Assembly (NCBI GenBank): GCA_018400815.1
Contig: JAGYLS010000045.1
Coordinates: 1-13,613, forward strand
DNA: 13,613 nt
Source of the DNA: Candidatus Oleincola secundus
GTDB taxonomy: Bacteria > Atribacterota > Phoenicimicrobiia > Phoenicimicrobiales > Stramentimicrobiaceae
Direction of reading: 5' to 3'
This document shows, piece after piece, positions 1-7,831 of the stretch (positions are counted from its first letter, which is position 1; each line of letters opens with the position of its first letter). The notes under the pieces were generated by a model, which saw only the letters and a program-made list of their open reading frames with translations, ran no database searches and was not told where the DNA came from. The position numbers and the translations under genes were made by a program.

Positions 1-2
1 TT

Positions 3-557
3 AAATATATAACAGATTGGGATAAAATTAGTTTGCCAGCTATATTACTTGTTCTTTATTCGTTATTATTCCCTATTTTTATATTTCCATTTGTAGGAAA
101 ACGACGTAGAAAAAACTATTTTGCAGAAAATGTAAATAATTGTATTATTGAAAGAGAAATTATAGATAGAGTGAGTATTAATGGTAGAGATAAATTAATT
201 CTAAAAGATGCCTTAGGATATCAGACAGAAAAAGATATAACAGGAATAAAGGATTTAAAAATTAGTACATCTCAAAAAAAATCTTGGTTAACGTTAGAAG
301 ACATTAAAATAGCTACGATGAGTCTAAGAGATAAACAATTACTGTTAAAAATGATTATAGGTTTAATAATATTTGGGGTCCCTACAGGGTATTTTGTGTG
401 GAACTTCATCAGTGTCGTTGATGATTGGGATAGAATAATGCACGCAAATGATATATTTATGTATATGGGTCTTTTCACGTTACCATTAATGGTAACAGTT
501 GAGTTATATGTAGTTGCATTTATTATTACCAAAAATTTATTTAAAAAGAAAAAATGA
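3..557 (+). CDS. Hypothetical membrane protein, probably 5'-truncated by the window edge
   Basis: The frame is open from position 3 (KYITDWDKISLPAILL...), and there is no RBS before the TTG at 33. About three hydrophobic segments and a Lys-rich C-terminus. Family not recognised. Confidence 0.6.
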   Translation, partial: KYITDWDKISLPAILLVLYSLLFPIFIFPFVGKRRRKNYFAENVNNCIIEREIIDRVSINGRDKLILKDALGYQTEKDITGIKDLKISTSQKKSWLTLEDIKIATMSLRDKQLLLKMIIGLIIFGVPTGYFVWNFISVVDDWDRIMHANDIFMYMGLFTLPLMVTVELYVVAFIITKNLFKKKK

Positions 558-984
558 TAACAAATTTAGATTAAGAGAAAATAACTTATCAAAGGTCGTA
601 TATTAGAACATGATATATATAGTTCGCCTATCTATCAAGAATCAATCTAGTCGCAGAGAGGGATCATTACTTTGCTAATCATTTTCGTTAATTGGACTAT
701 AACATTGGTTGGTGGAGAAATGTAAAAGACTATTATTATTGATTTTGTAGGATTTTTTTGGTTAATAAGTCTTTTCTTATACTATCAACAATACGGTAAT
801 TAGCTTGTCAAAGGATTTTACTCTTTCCAATCAATTGTGGATTTGTATCGGTGTAGAAAGTATTTTGTACCAAGCGTCTACCTGCTTTATTTCTAATGAA
901 AAATCAGTTAGTAAATCTTTAATCATTTTTCTCTTAGAAAACCAATTTGAACGGTTCTGAGAAATATAATATAAAGATAAAAAA

Positions 985-1013
985 TTGACATATGATTTAT
1001 ACAGTGCTAAAAT
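985..1013 (+). promoter_or_regulatory. Sigma-A promoter of the type III TA operon
   Basis: TTGACA (985-990), 17-nt spacer, then TGc-TAAAAT (extended -10, hexamer 1008-1013). A-rich UP-like sequence upstream. Predicted start near 1020, just before repeat 1. Confidence 0.85.
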
Positions 1014-1027
1014 TTAAAATGTATATA

Positions 1028-1129
1028 GGAGAGGTCTTGCCACAAGTAGACATTGAAAAAATAGAGAGTCCATGCTAAAAGTTGGAATTGAAAAAATGGA
1101 GAGGTCTTGCCACAAGTAGACATTGAAAA
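1028..1129 (+). ncRNA. Type III antitoxin RNA (ToxI/antiQ-like), about 2.9 tandem 35-nt units
   Basis: Units at 1028-1062, 1063-1097 and 1098-1129. Units 1 and 3 are identical over 32 nt (GGAGAGGTCTTGCCACAAGTAGACATTGAAAA), and unit 2 matches at 26/35. The array lies between the promoter and the terminator upstream of a toxN-like gene. Linkers are A-rich. Confidence 0.88.
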
Positions 1130-1158
1130 GCGACCAAATATTTGGTCGCTTTATTTTT
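1127..1158 (+). terminator. Intrinsic terminator between antitoxin array and toxin gene
   Basis: Perfect palindrome AAAGCGACCAAAT/ATTTGGTCGCTTT (1127-1152) followed by ATTTTT. This is the canonical position in type III TA loci. Confidence 0.88.
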
Positions 1159-1175
1159 ATACTGTAGGAGAAATT

Positions 1176-1658
1176 ATGAAATTATACTATGTTGATGAAG
1201 ATTATATTAATGAATTAAGAAATGTAGATGAGAGAGTATTATTAAATAAATCCACTCGTCCTTATTTAGGAGTTGTATTATCTATTAATGATCTTAATTA
1301 TTTTGTCCCCTTAAGTTCCCCTAAAGAAAATAAAAAACTAAATAATCAACTATCAATAAAATTGTTTGAGGTTAATAATATTCAAAATAGATTAGGATAT
1401 CTATTATTTTTAAATATGATACCTGTTCCTGATAAATATCTTTCTAAAATAGATATGCAATACATAAAGGAGCAAGATTTAGAATATTATAACTTATTAA
1501 CTAACCAATTAATTTTTATTAGGCAAGAAAATCAAAGAATCGTAAATAAAGCCCAAAAAGTATATAAAAATGCTGTGATAAAAAAAGTTTCATTTTTTGA
1601 ATCAATGTGTGTAGATTATTTAGCATTGGAAAGATATGTGAAAGATTTAAAACAGTAA
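1176..1658 (+). CDS. toxN: Type III TA toxin, ToxN/AbiQ-family endoribonuclease (160 aa)
   Basis: Family motifs MKLYYVDEDYINELR, RPYLGVVL, YFVPLSSPK, LFLNMIPVP and the C-terminal CVDYLALE. RBS AGGAG at 1166-1170 precedes ATG 1176, so the ORF-track start at 1107 is unlikely. Confidence 0.9.
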   Translation: MKLYYVDEDYINELRNVDERVLLNKSTRPYLGVVLSINDLNYFVPLSSPKENKKLNNQLSIKLFEVNNIQNRLGYLLFLNMIPVPDKYLSKIDMQYIKEQDLEYYNLLTNQLIFIRQENQRIVNKAQKVYKNAVIKKVSFFESMCVDYLALERYVKDLKQ

Positions 1659-1870
1659 AAAAGATAATTCTGTCAATAATTCCCCTCAACATACTCAGAA
1701 GAATTTTAGTGTAAAGTCTTTGTAATTGTCTATCTTAGTTAATTAGATGTTTACTATTATTTCTATATTAATATATAGCTAAAATTAATAAAATAGAAGT
1801 CATTAGCTGAATTACTTATGAATCAAAATAAATTTTATATACAAAATGTCATTTTTGAGTACGCTCTAAA

Positions 1871-1918
1871 TAAACAAAAATAGTCCTCTTATTAAAATAA
1901 GAGGACTATTTTTGTTTA
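1871..1918. terminator. Bidirectional intrinsic terminator between toxN and the GNAT gene
   Basis: Perfect 23-bp inverted repeat TAAACAAAAATAGTCCTCTTATT-aa-AATAAGAGGACTATTTTTGTTTA, 7 nt past the GNAT stop. Confidence 0.85.
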
Positions 1919-1925
1919 AAATTAT

Positions 1926-2453
1926 TCAAGACCATTCGCTTTCTAACATACTCATTTGCCATAAATTATAATATTCTCCATTTAATTTTCTAAAGTCTCT
2001 TTTTTCTCCTTCTTTTATAAATCCAATCTTTTTGTAACTTTTAATAGCTGATTTATTAAAGGCAAAAACACCTAATTCAATTCTGTGTAGTCCCAAATCT
2101 TCAAAAGCCTTTTTCAATAATTTCTTTATTATTTTAGGGCCTAATCCTTGGCCACGCATTTGCGGATCACCTACTAAAACTTTACTTAACGTGGCGGAAC
2201 AATTTTTAAAATCTATATTATTTAAAGCAATATGACCTATAATTTTTTTTGAATTATTTTCTTCAATGATAACTTTATAAATTATTTTACTAGAATTTTC
2301 TTTATTTGTGTCTTTAATATATTCCTTTAATTGTTCTTCATCTAGGGGATAATTAAAATCTGTACCTGCCCATTTGACTAAAAGTTCAGGAGAGTTTATC
2401 CAGTTTATTAATAAATCAAAATCTTTCTCCTCAAAATATTCAAACTTAATCAA
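1926..2453 (-). CDS. GNAT N-acetyltransferase, RimJ/RimL-like
   Basis: Acetyl-CoA motif RGQGLG, plus LGLHRIELGVFAFNKSAIKSYKKIGFIKEG and the MSMLESEW tail. TTG start with RBS AAGGAG (2461-2466). Confidence 0.88.
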   Translation of the reverse strand: MIKFEYFEEKDFDLLINWINSPELLVKWAGTDFNYPLDEEQLKEYIKDTNKENSSKIIYKVIIEENNSKKIIGHIALNNIDFKNCSATLSKVLVGDPQMRGQGLGPKIIKKLLKKAFEDLGLHRIELGVFAFNKSAIKSYKKIGFIKEGEKRDFRKLNGEYYNLWQMSMLESEWS

Positions 2454-2645
2454 TAAATTACTCCTTAAATAATAGGTTATTAACTATAAAAATTCAGTGA
2501 ATGTTGCAATATAAACAACCACTACAATTTTTTGATACTTTCTTCATCAACTTTCTATCTTAAATTTTCGATTTTTTATAAAGCGTTTTGTATTATCTAA
2601 ATAACTCTTTACAATTTACTGATTTTTAAGCTTTTGCTAATAGAT

Positions 2646-3302
2646 TTATGCAACTTTAATATTATAAGTAAATCTATGCACTTCATCATTAAATTTAAAT
2701 TCTGCCCAAATTTTATACATCCCTTTTTTAGGAAAATGAGCATAAAAGGTTGTAGAATCAGGTGATTCTGGGTGAACATGAATATAATCAGTTAATTGCT
2801 CATCAAATATAATCACATGTCCTAAAGCTCCTAAATAAGGTTGGGGAGTTAATTCTGTATTGAAAGTTAAAGGGACATGTTCATCTTCTTTAGCACTTAT
2901 AGAATTTAAAGTTACATGAACTCCTTTGTTAACTTTTACCCAATTTTTATCAGAATTTAAAGATGTTGTAGAGGTTATTTTATCTCCAATTTGCAGTTCA
3001 ATAGGATGAACGGAATACACATGGTTTTTTGGTGTAACATCAACAAAAGCCTGGTAAGTTCCTGGCTCTAATTGTTGGTTAATTATAAATAAACCTTCAT
3101 GCTTTTTTTGAGGGTGTAGGTGGTAATATTTCTCCATGTCATTAGATACTAAAACGAAATGCATTTCTTTTTCATGCATAGTATCTAATAATGGGGCATT
3201 ATTAAATTCATCTTCTAACGTAATTTCTATATTACCATCTCTATATACAACATTTGCTTTAATTTCGGGTTTGTTTGAATGATATTCATGATTATGATTC
3301 AT
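2646..3302 (-). CDS. His-rich putative metal-binding protein, fourth gene of the cop cluster (218 aa)
   Basis: RBS AAGGAGG (3311-3317) precedes ATG 3302. N-terminus MNHNHEYH, with motifs MHEKEMH...YYHLHP and YLGALGH...YIHVHP. Co-oriented directly after copZ. Confidence 0.75.
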   Translation of the reverse strand: MNHNHEYHSNKPEIKANVVYRDGNIEITLEDEFNNAPLLDTMHEKEMHFVLVSNDMEKYYHLHPQKKHEGLFIINQQLEPGTYQAFVDVTPKNHVYSVHPIELQIGDKITSTTSLNSDKNWVKVNKGVHVTLNSISAKEDEHVPLTFNTELTPQPYLGALGHVIIFDEQLTDYIHVHPESPDSTTFYAHFPKKGMYKIWAEFKFNDEVHRFTYNIKVA

Positions 3303-3329
3303 ATTTTTATCCTCCTTAATTTTTAATAA

Positions 3330-3354
3330 GGGCATATCATTAAACGATATGCCC
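3330..3354 (-). terminator. Stem-loop after copZ (weak terminator or processing/stability element)
   Basis: GGGCATATC-N7-GATATGCCC, followed on the minus strand only by TTATT. Confidence 0.5.
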
Positions 3355-3365
3355 AACTATTTAAA

Positions 3366-3575
3366 TTATTTAATTACATCGTAACCTTGATCTTCAATAG
3401 CTTCTTTAAAGTCGTTGAAAGCTACTTGATTTTCATCAAATTCAACTTCCACATTCCCATTCGCCAAGCTTACTTCTGAAGATGTTACACCATCTAATCC
3501 ATTTAATGCTTTTTCAATTGAATGCTTGCAATGGTCACAGCTCATACCTTCTACATTAATAACTTCGTTAGTCAA
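3366..3575 (-). CDS. copZ: Copper chaperone CopZ (69 aa)
   Basis: HMA motif GMSCDHC and C-terminal AIEDQGYDV. The RBS AAGGAGG (3584-3590) overlaps the track's GTG, so the in-frame TTG at 3575 is the likelier start. Confidence 0.93.
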   Translation of the reverse strand: MTNEVINVEGMSCDHCKHSIEKALNGLDGVTSSEVSLANGNVEVEFDENQVAFNDFKEAIEDQGYDVIK

Positions 3576-3608
3576 TGTTGTCACCTCCTTTCAAGAAATA
3601 TAAGATTC

Positions 3609-5996
3609 TTATAATTTCATACGTTTTAGACGTAAAGCGTTTGTGACAACACTTACAGAACTTAAAGCCATTGCTGCTCCCGCAACCCAAGGTGCTAGCA
3701 GACCAATTGCTGCTATAGGGATACCTGCAACATTGTAACCAAACGCCCAAAATAGATTTTGGCGAATATTACGAATTGTAGATTTACTTGCTTTTATTGC
3801 TTTTGGAATTAATAAAAGGTCTCCTCCTAAAATAGTTATATCAGCAGCTTCGATTGCAACTTCTGTACCTGTACCAATGGCAATACCAATATCTGCTTTA
3901 ACTAGTGCTGGAGCATCATTGACACCATCTCCAACCATAGCTACTTTTTTACCTTCAGATTGAATTTCTGCTACTTTAGAAGCTTTTTCTTCTGGTAAAA
4001 CCTCTGCAATAATCGTGTCTATACCAACTTGTTTTGCTATTGCTTGTGCGGTACGTTTGTTATCACCAGTTAACATAGCAACTTCAATACCTAATTCATG
4101 AAGTTTTTGAATAGCTTGTTGGGCAGTATCTTTAACTGTATCAGCTACAGCGACAACCCCTCTCAATTCGTTATCTACGCTTATAAGCATTGCAGTTTTT
4201 CCTTCTTTTTCAAATTGAGCGAGATTTGTTTCAGCTTCATTAGTTTGGATTCCTTTTTCACTCATTAGTTTTCGATTTCCGACAAAAAGTTCTTTACCAT
4301 CAATTGTTGCATTTATACCGCGCCCTGGTATAGCTTCAAAATGGTCTACTTCTAAAAATTCTAATGATTTTTCTTTAGCATAACTTACGATAGCTTCAGC
4401 TAGTGGGTGTTCAGAACCTTTTTCTGCACTAGCTAACAATTGTAATGTTTGATCATCTCCACTAAAATCAGTGACTTCAGGTGTGCCATTTGTTATAGTG
4501 CCAGTTTTATCTAAAACAACTGTATTAATAGCGTGTGTACCTTCAATGTGTTCTCCACCTTTAAATAGAATGCCATTTTCAGCAGCTTTTCCGGTACCCA
4601 CCATTATAGAAGTAGGCGTAGCTAAGCCTAACGCACAAGGACAAGCGATAACTAATACTGCTATTGCAGCAACTAAGGCTGGTTCAAATTGTCCCGGCTG
4701 AACTAATGAAATCCATATAATAAATGTGAAAATCGCGATACCTACAACGATAGGTACAAAATATCCAGAAATAATATCTGCTAGTCTTTGTATTGGCGCT
4801 TTAGAACCTTGCGCTTCTTCGACAACTTTAACAATGGAGGCAAGAGCTGTATCTTTACCAACTTTTGTTGCTTCAACAGTAATTGCTCCATTTTTATTCA
4901 TTGTTGATCCTATAACATTATCATTTTGCATTTTTTCAACAGGAATAGATTCACCTGTCAACATTGACTCGTCAATTGAAGTCATACCTTTAATTATTTT
5001 GCCATCTACTGGTATTTTTTCTCCTGGTTTGATAACTAAATAGTCTCCTTCTTTTACCTCACTTAAAGGAACCATAGTCTCTTCACCGTTGCGTAATATA
5101 CGTGCTTCTTTAGCTTGTAAATTCAACAATTTACTTAACGCATTTGTTGTTTGTGTTTTAGCACGTGCTTCTAAATACTTTCCGAAAAGAATTAAAGTAA
5201 TTAATACAGCACTTGTTTCAAAATATAGGTGTGGCTCATAATTTGTATTAATTAACCACTTAATCGATTCATAAATACTATAAAAGAAGGCTGCGCTTGT
5301 ACCTAAAGCGACAAGAACATCCATATTTGCTGACCCATTACGAAGGTTTTTATAAGCGCCTACATAAAATTGCCAACCAATAACAAATTGAACAGGCGTT
5401 GCTAATACAAATTGGAACCACGGGTTCATAAATATATGTGGTATTTGAATACCAAATAAATGAACGAACATTGTCATTAACAATGGAGCTGCTAAAACAG
5501 CTGAAACAACTAATTTAATTAACTGTCGTTTTAATTGTTTTTCTTTTTGGGAACTTTTTTCTGATGCTTCTTTTTTAGGTTGTGCCTCATACCCTAGGTT
5601 TTTAATACGTTGTTGAAATTCATCTACAGACGTCATATCAGGGTTGTATTCTACAGTAGCACTTTCTGTGGTTAAATTAACTGTAGCCTTATTTACACCT
5701 GAGATTCGATTTAAAACTTTTTCGATTTTATTCGAACAAGCTGCACACGTCATTCCCATTACATCGAGATCCACTTTTTCGGTTAAAACTCCATAACCTG
5801 TTTTTTGAATTGTATTTGCAATATCTTCTAATGATGTAACATTGGGGTTATATTCAATTGTAGCTTTCTCTGTAGAAGGATTTACATTAGCGTTAACTTC
5901 ATCTAATTTATTTAGATTTTTTTCTACTTTATTCGAGCAAGCTGCACATGTCATGCCTGTGATACCTAATGAGGTTTTTTTAATATTTTCACTCAA
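3609..5996 (-). CDS. copA: Cu(I)-exporting P1B-1 ATPase CopA
   Basis: Two GMTCAAC metal-binding domains, TGES, CPC, DKTGT, SEHP, GDGVND, YN and MALSS motifs. RBS AGGAGG at 6007-6012. Confidence 0.96.
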   Translation of the reverse strand: MSENIKKTSLGITGMTCAACSNKVEKNLNKLDEVNANVNPSTEKATIEYNPNVTSLEDIANTIQKTGYGVLTEKVDLDVMGMTCAACSNKIEKVLNRISGVNKATVNLTTESATVEYNPDMTSVDEFQQRIKNLGYEAQPKKEASEKSSQKEKQLKRQLIKLVVSAVLAAPLLMTMFVHLFGIQIPHIFMNPWFQFVLATPVQFVIGWQFYVGAYKNLRNGSANMDVLVALGTSAAFFYSIYESIKWLINTNYEPHLYFETSAVLITLILFGKYLEARAKTQTTNALSKLLNLQAKEARILRNGEETMVPLSEVKEGDYLVIKPGEKIPVDGKIIKGMTSIDESMLTGESIPVEKMQNDNVIGSTMNKNGAITVEATKVGKDTALASIVKVVEEAQGSKAPIQRLADIISGYFVPIVVGIAIFTFIIWISLVQPGQFEPALVAAIAVLVIACPCALGLATPTSIMVGTGKAAENGILFKGGEHIEGTHAINTVVLDKTGTITNGTPEVTDFSGDDQTLQLLASAEKGSEHPLAEAIVSYAKEKSLEFLEVDHFEAIPGRGINATIDGKELFVGNRKLMSEKGIQTNEAETNLAQFEKEGKTAMLISVDNELRGVVAVADTVKDTAQQAIQKLHELGIEVAMLTGDNKRTAQAIAKQVGIDTIIAEVLPEEKASKVAEIQSEGKKVAMVGDGVNDAPALVKADIGIAIGTGTEVAIEAADITILGGDLLLIPKAIKASKSTIRNIRQNLFWAFGYNVAGIPIAAIGLLAPWVAGAAMALSSVSVVTNALRLKRMKL

Positions 5997-6010
5997 TTAT
6001 TTCTTTCCTC

Positions 6011-6286
6011 CTATTTTGAAAATTGTTTTAATACAACCATCAATTCTTTGATACTTTCTTCTCCGTTGCCATTTTTAATACCTTCACTTACACAATTAGA
6101 TATATGGTCTTCAGTTACTATAAAACCCACTTGTTTTAGGGCTGATTGTATTGCTGTTATTTGTACTAGTACATCTATACAATATCTATCTTCTGCTATC
6201 ATTGATTGTAAACCGCGCATTTGTCCTTCTAATCTTTTGAGTCTATTGAGCAATGCGTCATTGTTTTTAACAGTAGTAGTGTTCAA
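6011..6286 (-). CDS. csoR: Copper-sensing repressor CsoR
   Basis: LLNRLKRLEGQMRG and the Cys-His-Cys ligand set (RYCIDVL...DHISNCV). RBS GAGGAGG (6294-6300) favours TTG 6286 over GTG 6292. Confidence 0.92.
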   Translation of the reverse strand: MNTTTVKNNDALLNRLKRLEGQMRGLQSMIAEDRYCIDVLVQITAIQSALKQVGFIVTEDHISNCVSEGIKNGNGEESIKELMVVLKQFSK

Positions 6287-6302
6287 TTTCACCCCTCCTC
6301 AT

Positions 6303-6319
6303 ATACCCTAACGGGGTAT
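6303..6319. promoter_or_regulatory. CsoR operator 1
   Basis: ATACCCTAACGGGGTAT: ATACC...GGTAT dyad with C/G tracts, typical of Firmicute CsoR operators. Adjacent to the csoR RBS. Confidence 0.85.
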
Positions 6320-6334
6320 CTCTTGTTGGAATCT

Positions 6335-6363
6335 ATATTATACCCCTAGTAGGTATAAGTCAA
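6335..6363 (-). promoter_or_regulatory. cop operon promoter with CsoR operator 2 in its spacer
   Basis: Minus-strand TTGACT (6363-6358), 17 nt, TAATAT (6340-6335). Dyad TTATACCCCTAGTAGGTATAA at 6338-6358. Confidence 0.78.
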
Positions 6364-6460
6364 TACAAAAGTTTCATATAAAAAATTAATATTTATAGTT
6401 TGTTTTAAGAGGTACACTTGTATAAAATGTATGCTAAAACTTATATTAGGAGAGATATAT

Positions 6461-6736
6461 TTGGATAAAAATATACAACTTGAGCTTTACACAAGACCTA
6501 CATGCTCTGATTGCCAAGAATCAAAAAGGTATTTAAACTCTCAAGAGATTAGTTATAGTCATAAAGATGTAAGTCAAAATTTGGACTTAGAAGAAGAAAT
6601 GAAAAAAATATCAGGCAACCGAATTGTTCCCTTATTTGTTTTTTATAAAAAAATTTTTTGGGGTAAAAAAAAGTTGTTTAAATATTACGTGGGATTTGAA
6701 AATAACAAAAAAGATATATTAAATATATTGGAATAA
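6461..6736 (+). CDS. Glutaredoxin/NrdH-like redoxin (91 aa)
   Basis: LYTRPTCSDC (CxxC), cis-Pro motif RIVP and late VGF motif. RBS AGGAGA (6448-6453) precedes TTG 6461. Confidence 0.82.
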   Translation: MDKNIQLELYTRPTCSDCQESKRYLNSQEISYSHKDVSQNLDLEEEMKKISGNRIVPLFVFYKKIFWGKKKLFKYYVGFENNKKDILNILE

Positions 6737-6780
6737 TTAAATAAACAGCCATTATTAAAAAATAATGGCTGTTTATTTAA
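6737..6780. terminator. Bidirectional terminator between redoxin and czcD
   Basis: Perfect 20-bp inverted repeat TTAAATAAACAGCCATTATT-aaaa-AATAATGGCTGTTTATTTAA, filling the gap between the convergent stop codons. Confidence 0.85.
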
Positions 6781-7718
6781 TGATGATGTTGACTGTCTTC
6801 TTCTTTCACGATACAAAACAATTTTTCACTATGATTATTGTTAGAAGTTTCAGTCTGTATTGTGACATGTTGAATATTTTGATGATTGAGTTCATGTTCT
6901 ATACGTTTAAGTAAAAACTCATTTTCAGTAATGGTCATTGTATCTTCTACAACAATATGACAAGATAACGCGTTTAATCCGCTAGTTACTGACCAAACAT
7001 GAAAGTCATGAATATTTTTAACTTCTTTGAATTTTTTAATAGTTTTAATAATGTCTTTTGTATTTATATTGCTTGGTGCTCCCTCCATTAATACATGAAG
7101 ACTTGATTTTGTTACATAAAAGCCGCTACGTAGTACTAAAATTGCTACAATCACACTTGCTAAAGGATCCGCCCACCCCCATCTAAAAAATATAATGAGA
7201 AGGGCTGCTATAACTGCACCTATAGATCCAAGCATGTCGCTTATTACATGCAAATATGCTCCACGCATATTTAAGTTTTCTTCTACATCGCTCCCGCGCA
7301 GCATTATCCAAGCCACAATAATATTAATAAACAAGCCTACCAAGGCGATAATTAACATGCCTGTAGAAGCTACCTCAGGGGGGTTTTTAAATCTCTCAAT
7401 AGCTTCATAAAAAATATAGATAGCTATTAACATCAAAGTAATACCATTAAGTACAGCTGCTAGTATTTCAAACCTTTTGTAGCCAAAAGTTTTATTTGTA
7501 TTAGCTTGCTTCGCTCCTAAAGTAAATGCAATTAAAGCAATACCTAAAGAAATAGAATCACTTAACATATGACCAGCATCTGAAATTAACGCAAGACTGT
7601 TAGTAAAGAAACCACCTAACCCTTCTACAATCATGTAACTTGTAATAATAATAAAACTAATTAATAAAGTCTTTTTGTTCGCGCCATGTGTATGATTATG
7701 ATTGTGATCGTTTTCCAT
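6777..7718 (-). CDS. czcD: CDF-family Zn/Co/Cd efflux transporter (CzcD/CzrB-like)
   Basis: SLALISDAGHMLSD, TFGYKRFEILAA, NMRGAYLHVISD, HDFHVW and HVTIQ motifs. His-rich termini. RBS GAGGAGG at 7725-7731. Confidence 0.93.
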   Translation of the reverse strand: MENDHNHNHTHGANKKTLLISFIIITSYMIVEGLGGFFTNSLALISDAGHMLSDSISLGIALIAFTLGAKQANTNKTFGYKRFEILAAVLNGITLMLIAIYIFYEAIERFKNPPEVASTGMLIIALVGLFINIIVAWIMLRGSDVEENLNMRGAYLHVISDMLGSIGAVIAALLIIFFRWGWADPLASVIVAILVLRSGFYVTKSSLHVLMEGAPSNINTKDIIKTIKKFKEVKNIHDFHVWSVTSGLNALSCHIVVEDTMTITENEFLLKRIEHELNHQNIQHVTIQTETSNNNHSEKLFCIVKEEDSQHHH

Positions 7719-7831
7719 TTAATCCCTCCTCTTTTTAATGATGAAAAATATTTTCTATAATTTGAATTTTTGTTTTTATAACTATAGAGTTAAAAAATAT
7801 AAAATTTCAATTAATGTTTTGTTACTCGAAG

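Noticed and set aside
1028..1129. Minimal CRISPR array (32-nt repeats ending ATTGAAAA around a 38-nt spacer)
   Set aside because: The apparent spacer is itself a 26/35 variant of the repeat with compensatory changes. There are no cas genes, and the terminator plus toxN context fits a type III antitoxin.
1107..1175. N-terminal extension of the toxin from TTG 1107
   Set aside because: It runs through repeat 3 and the terminator, the SD-like GGAGAGG is only 2 nt from the TTG, and family similarity and a proper RBS begin at ATG 1176.
1926..2453. GNAT as an antibiotic acetyltransferase or a type II TA toxin
   Set aside because: No match I recognise to AAC/SAT enzymes and no adjacent RHH antitoxin. 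It looks like a generic RimJ/RimL-type GNAT separated from toxN by a terminator.
3303..3356. Longer start for the His-rich protein
   Set aside because: It overlaps the post-copZ hairpin, and a strong RBS precedes ATG 3302.
5728..5955. Near-identical DNA segments in the 5' part of copA
   Set aside because: Explained by the two tandem GMTCAAC metal-binding domains.
4471..6311. Plus-strand ORFs at 4471, 4726, 5842 and 6048 (likewise 272, 3568, 7195, 8091, 8164, 9562, 11383 and 12554)
   Set aside because: Antisense or off-frame shadows of well-supported genes, with no recognisable motifs.
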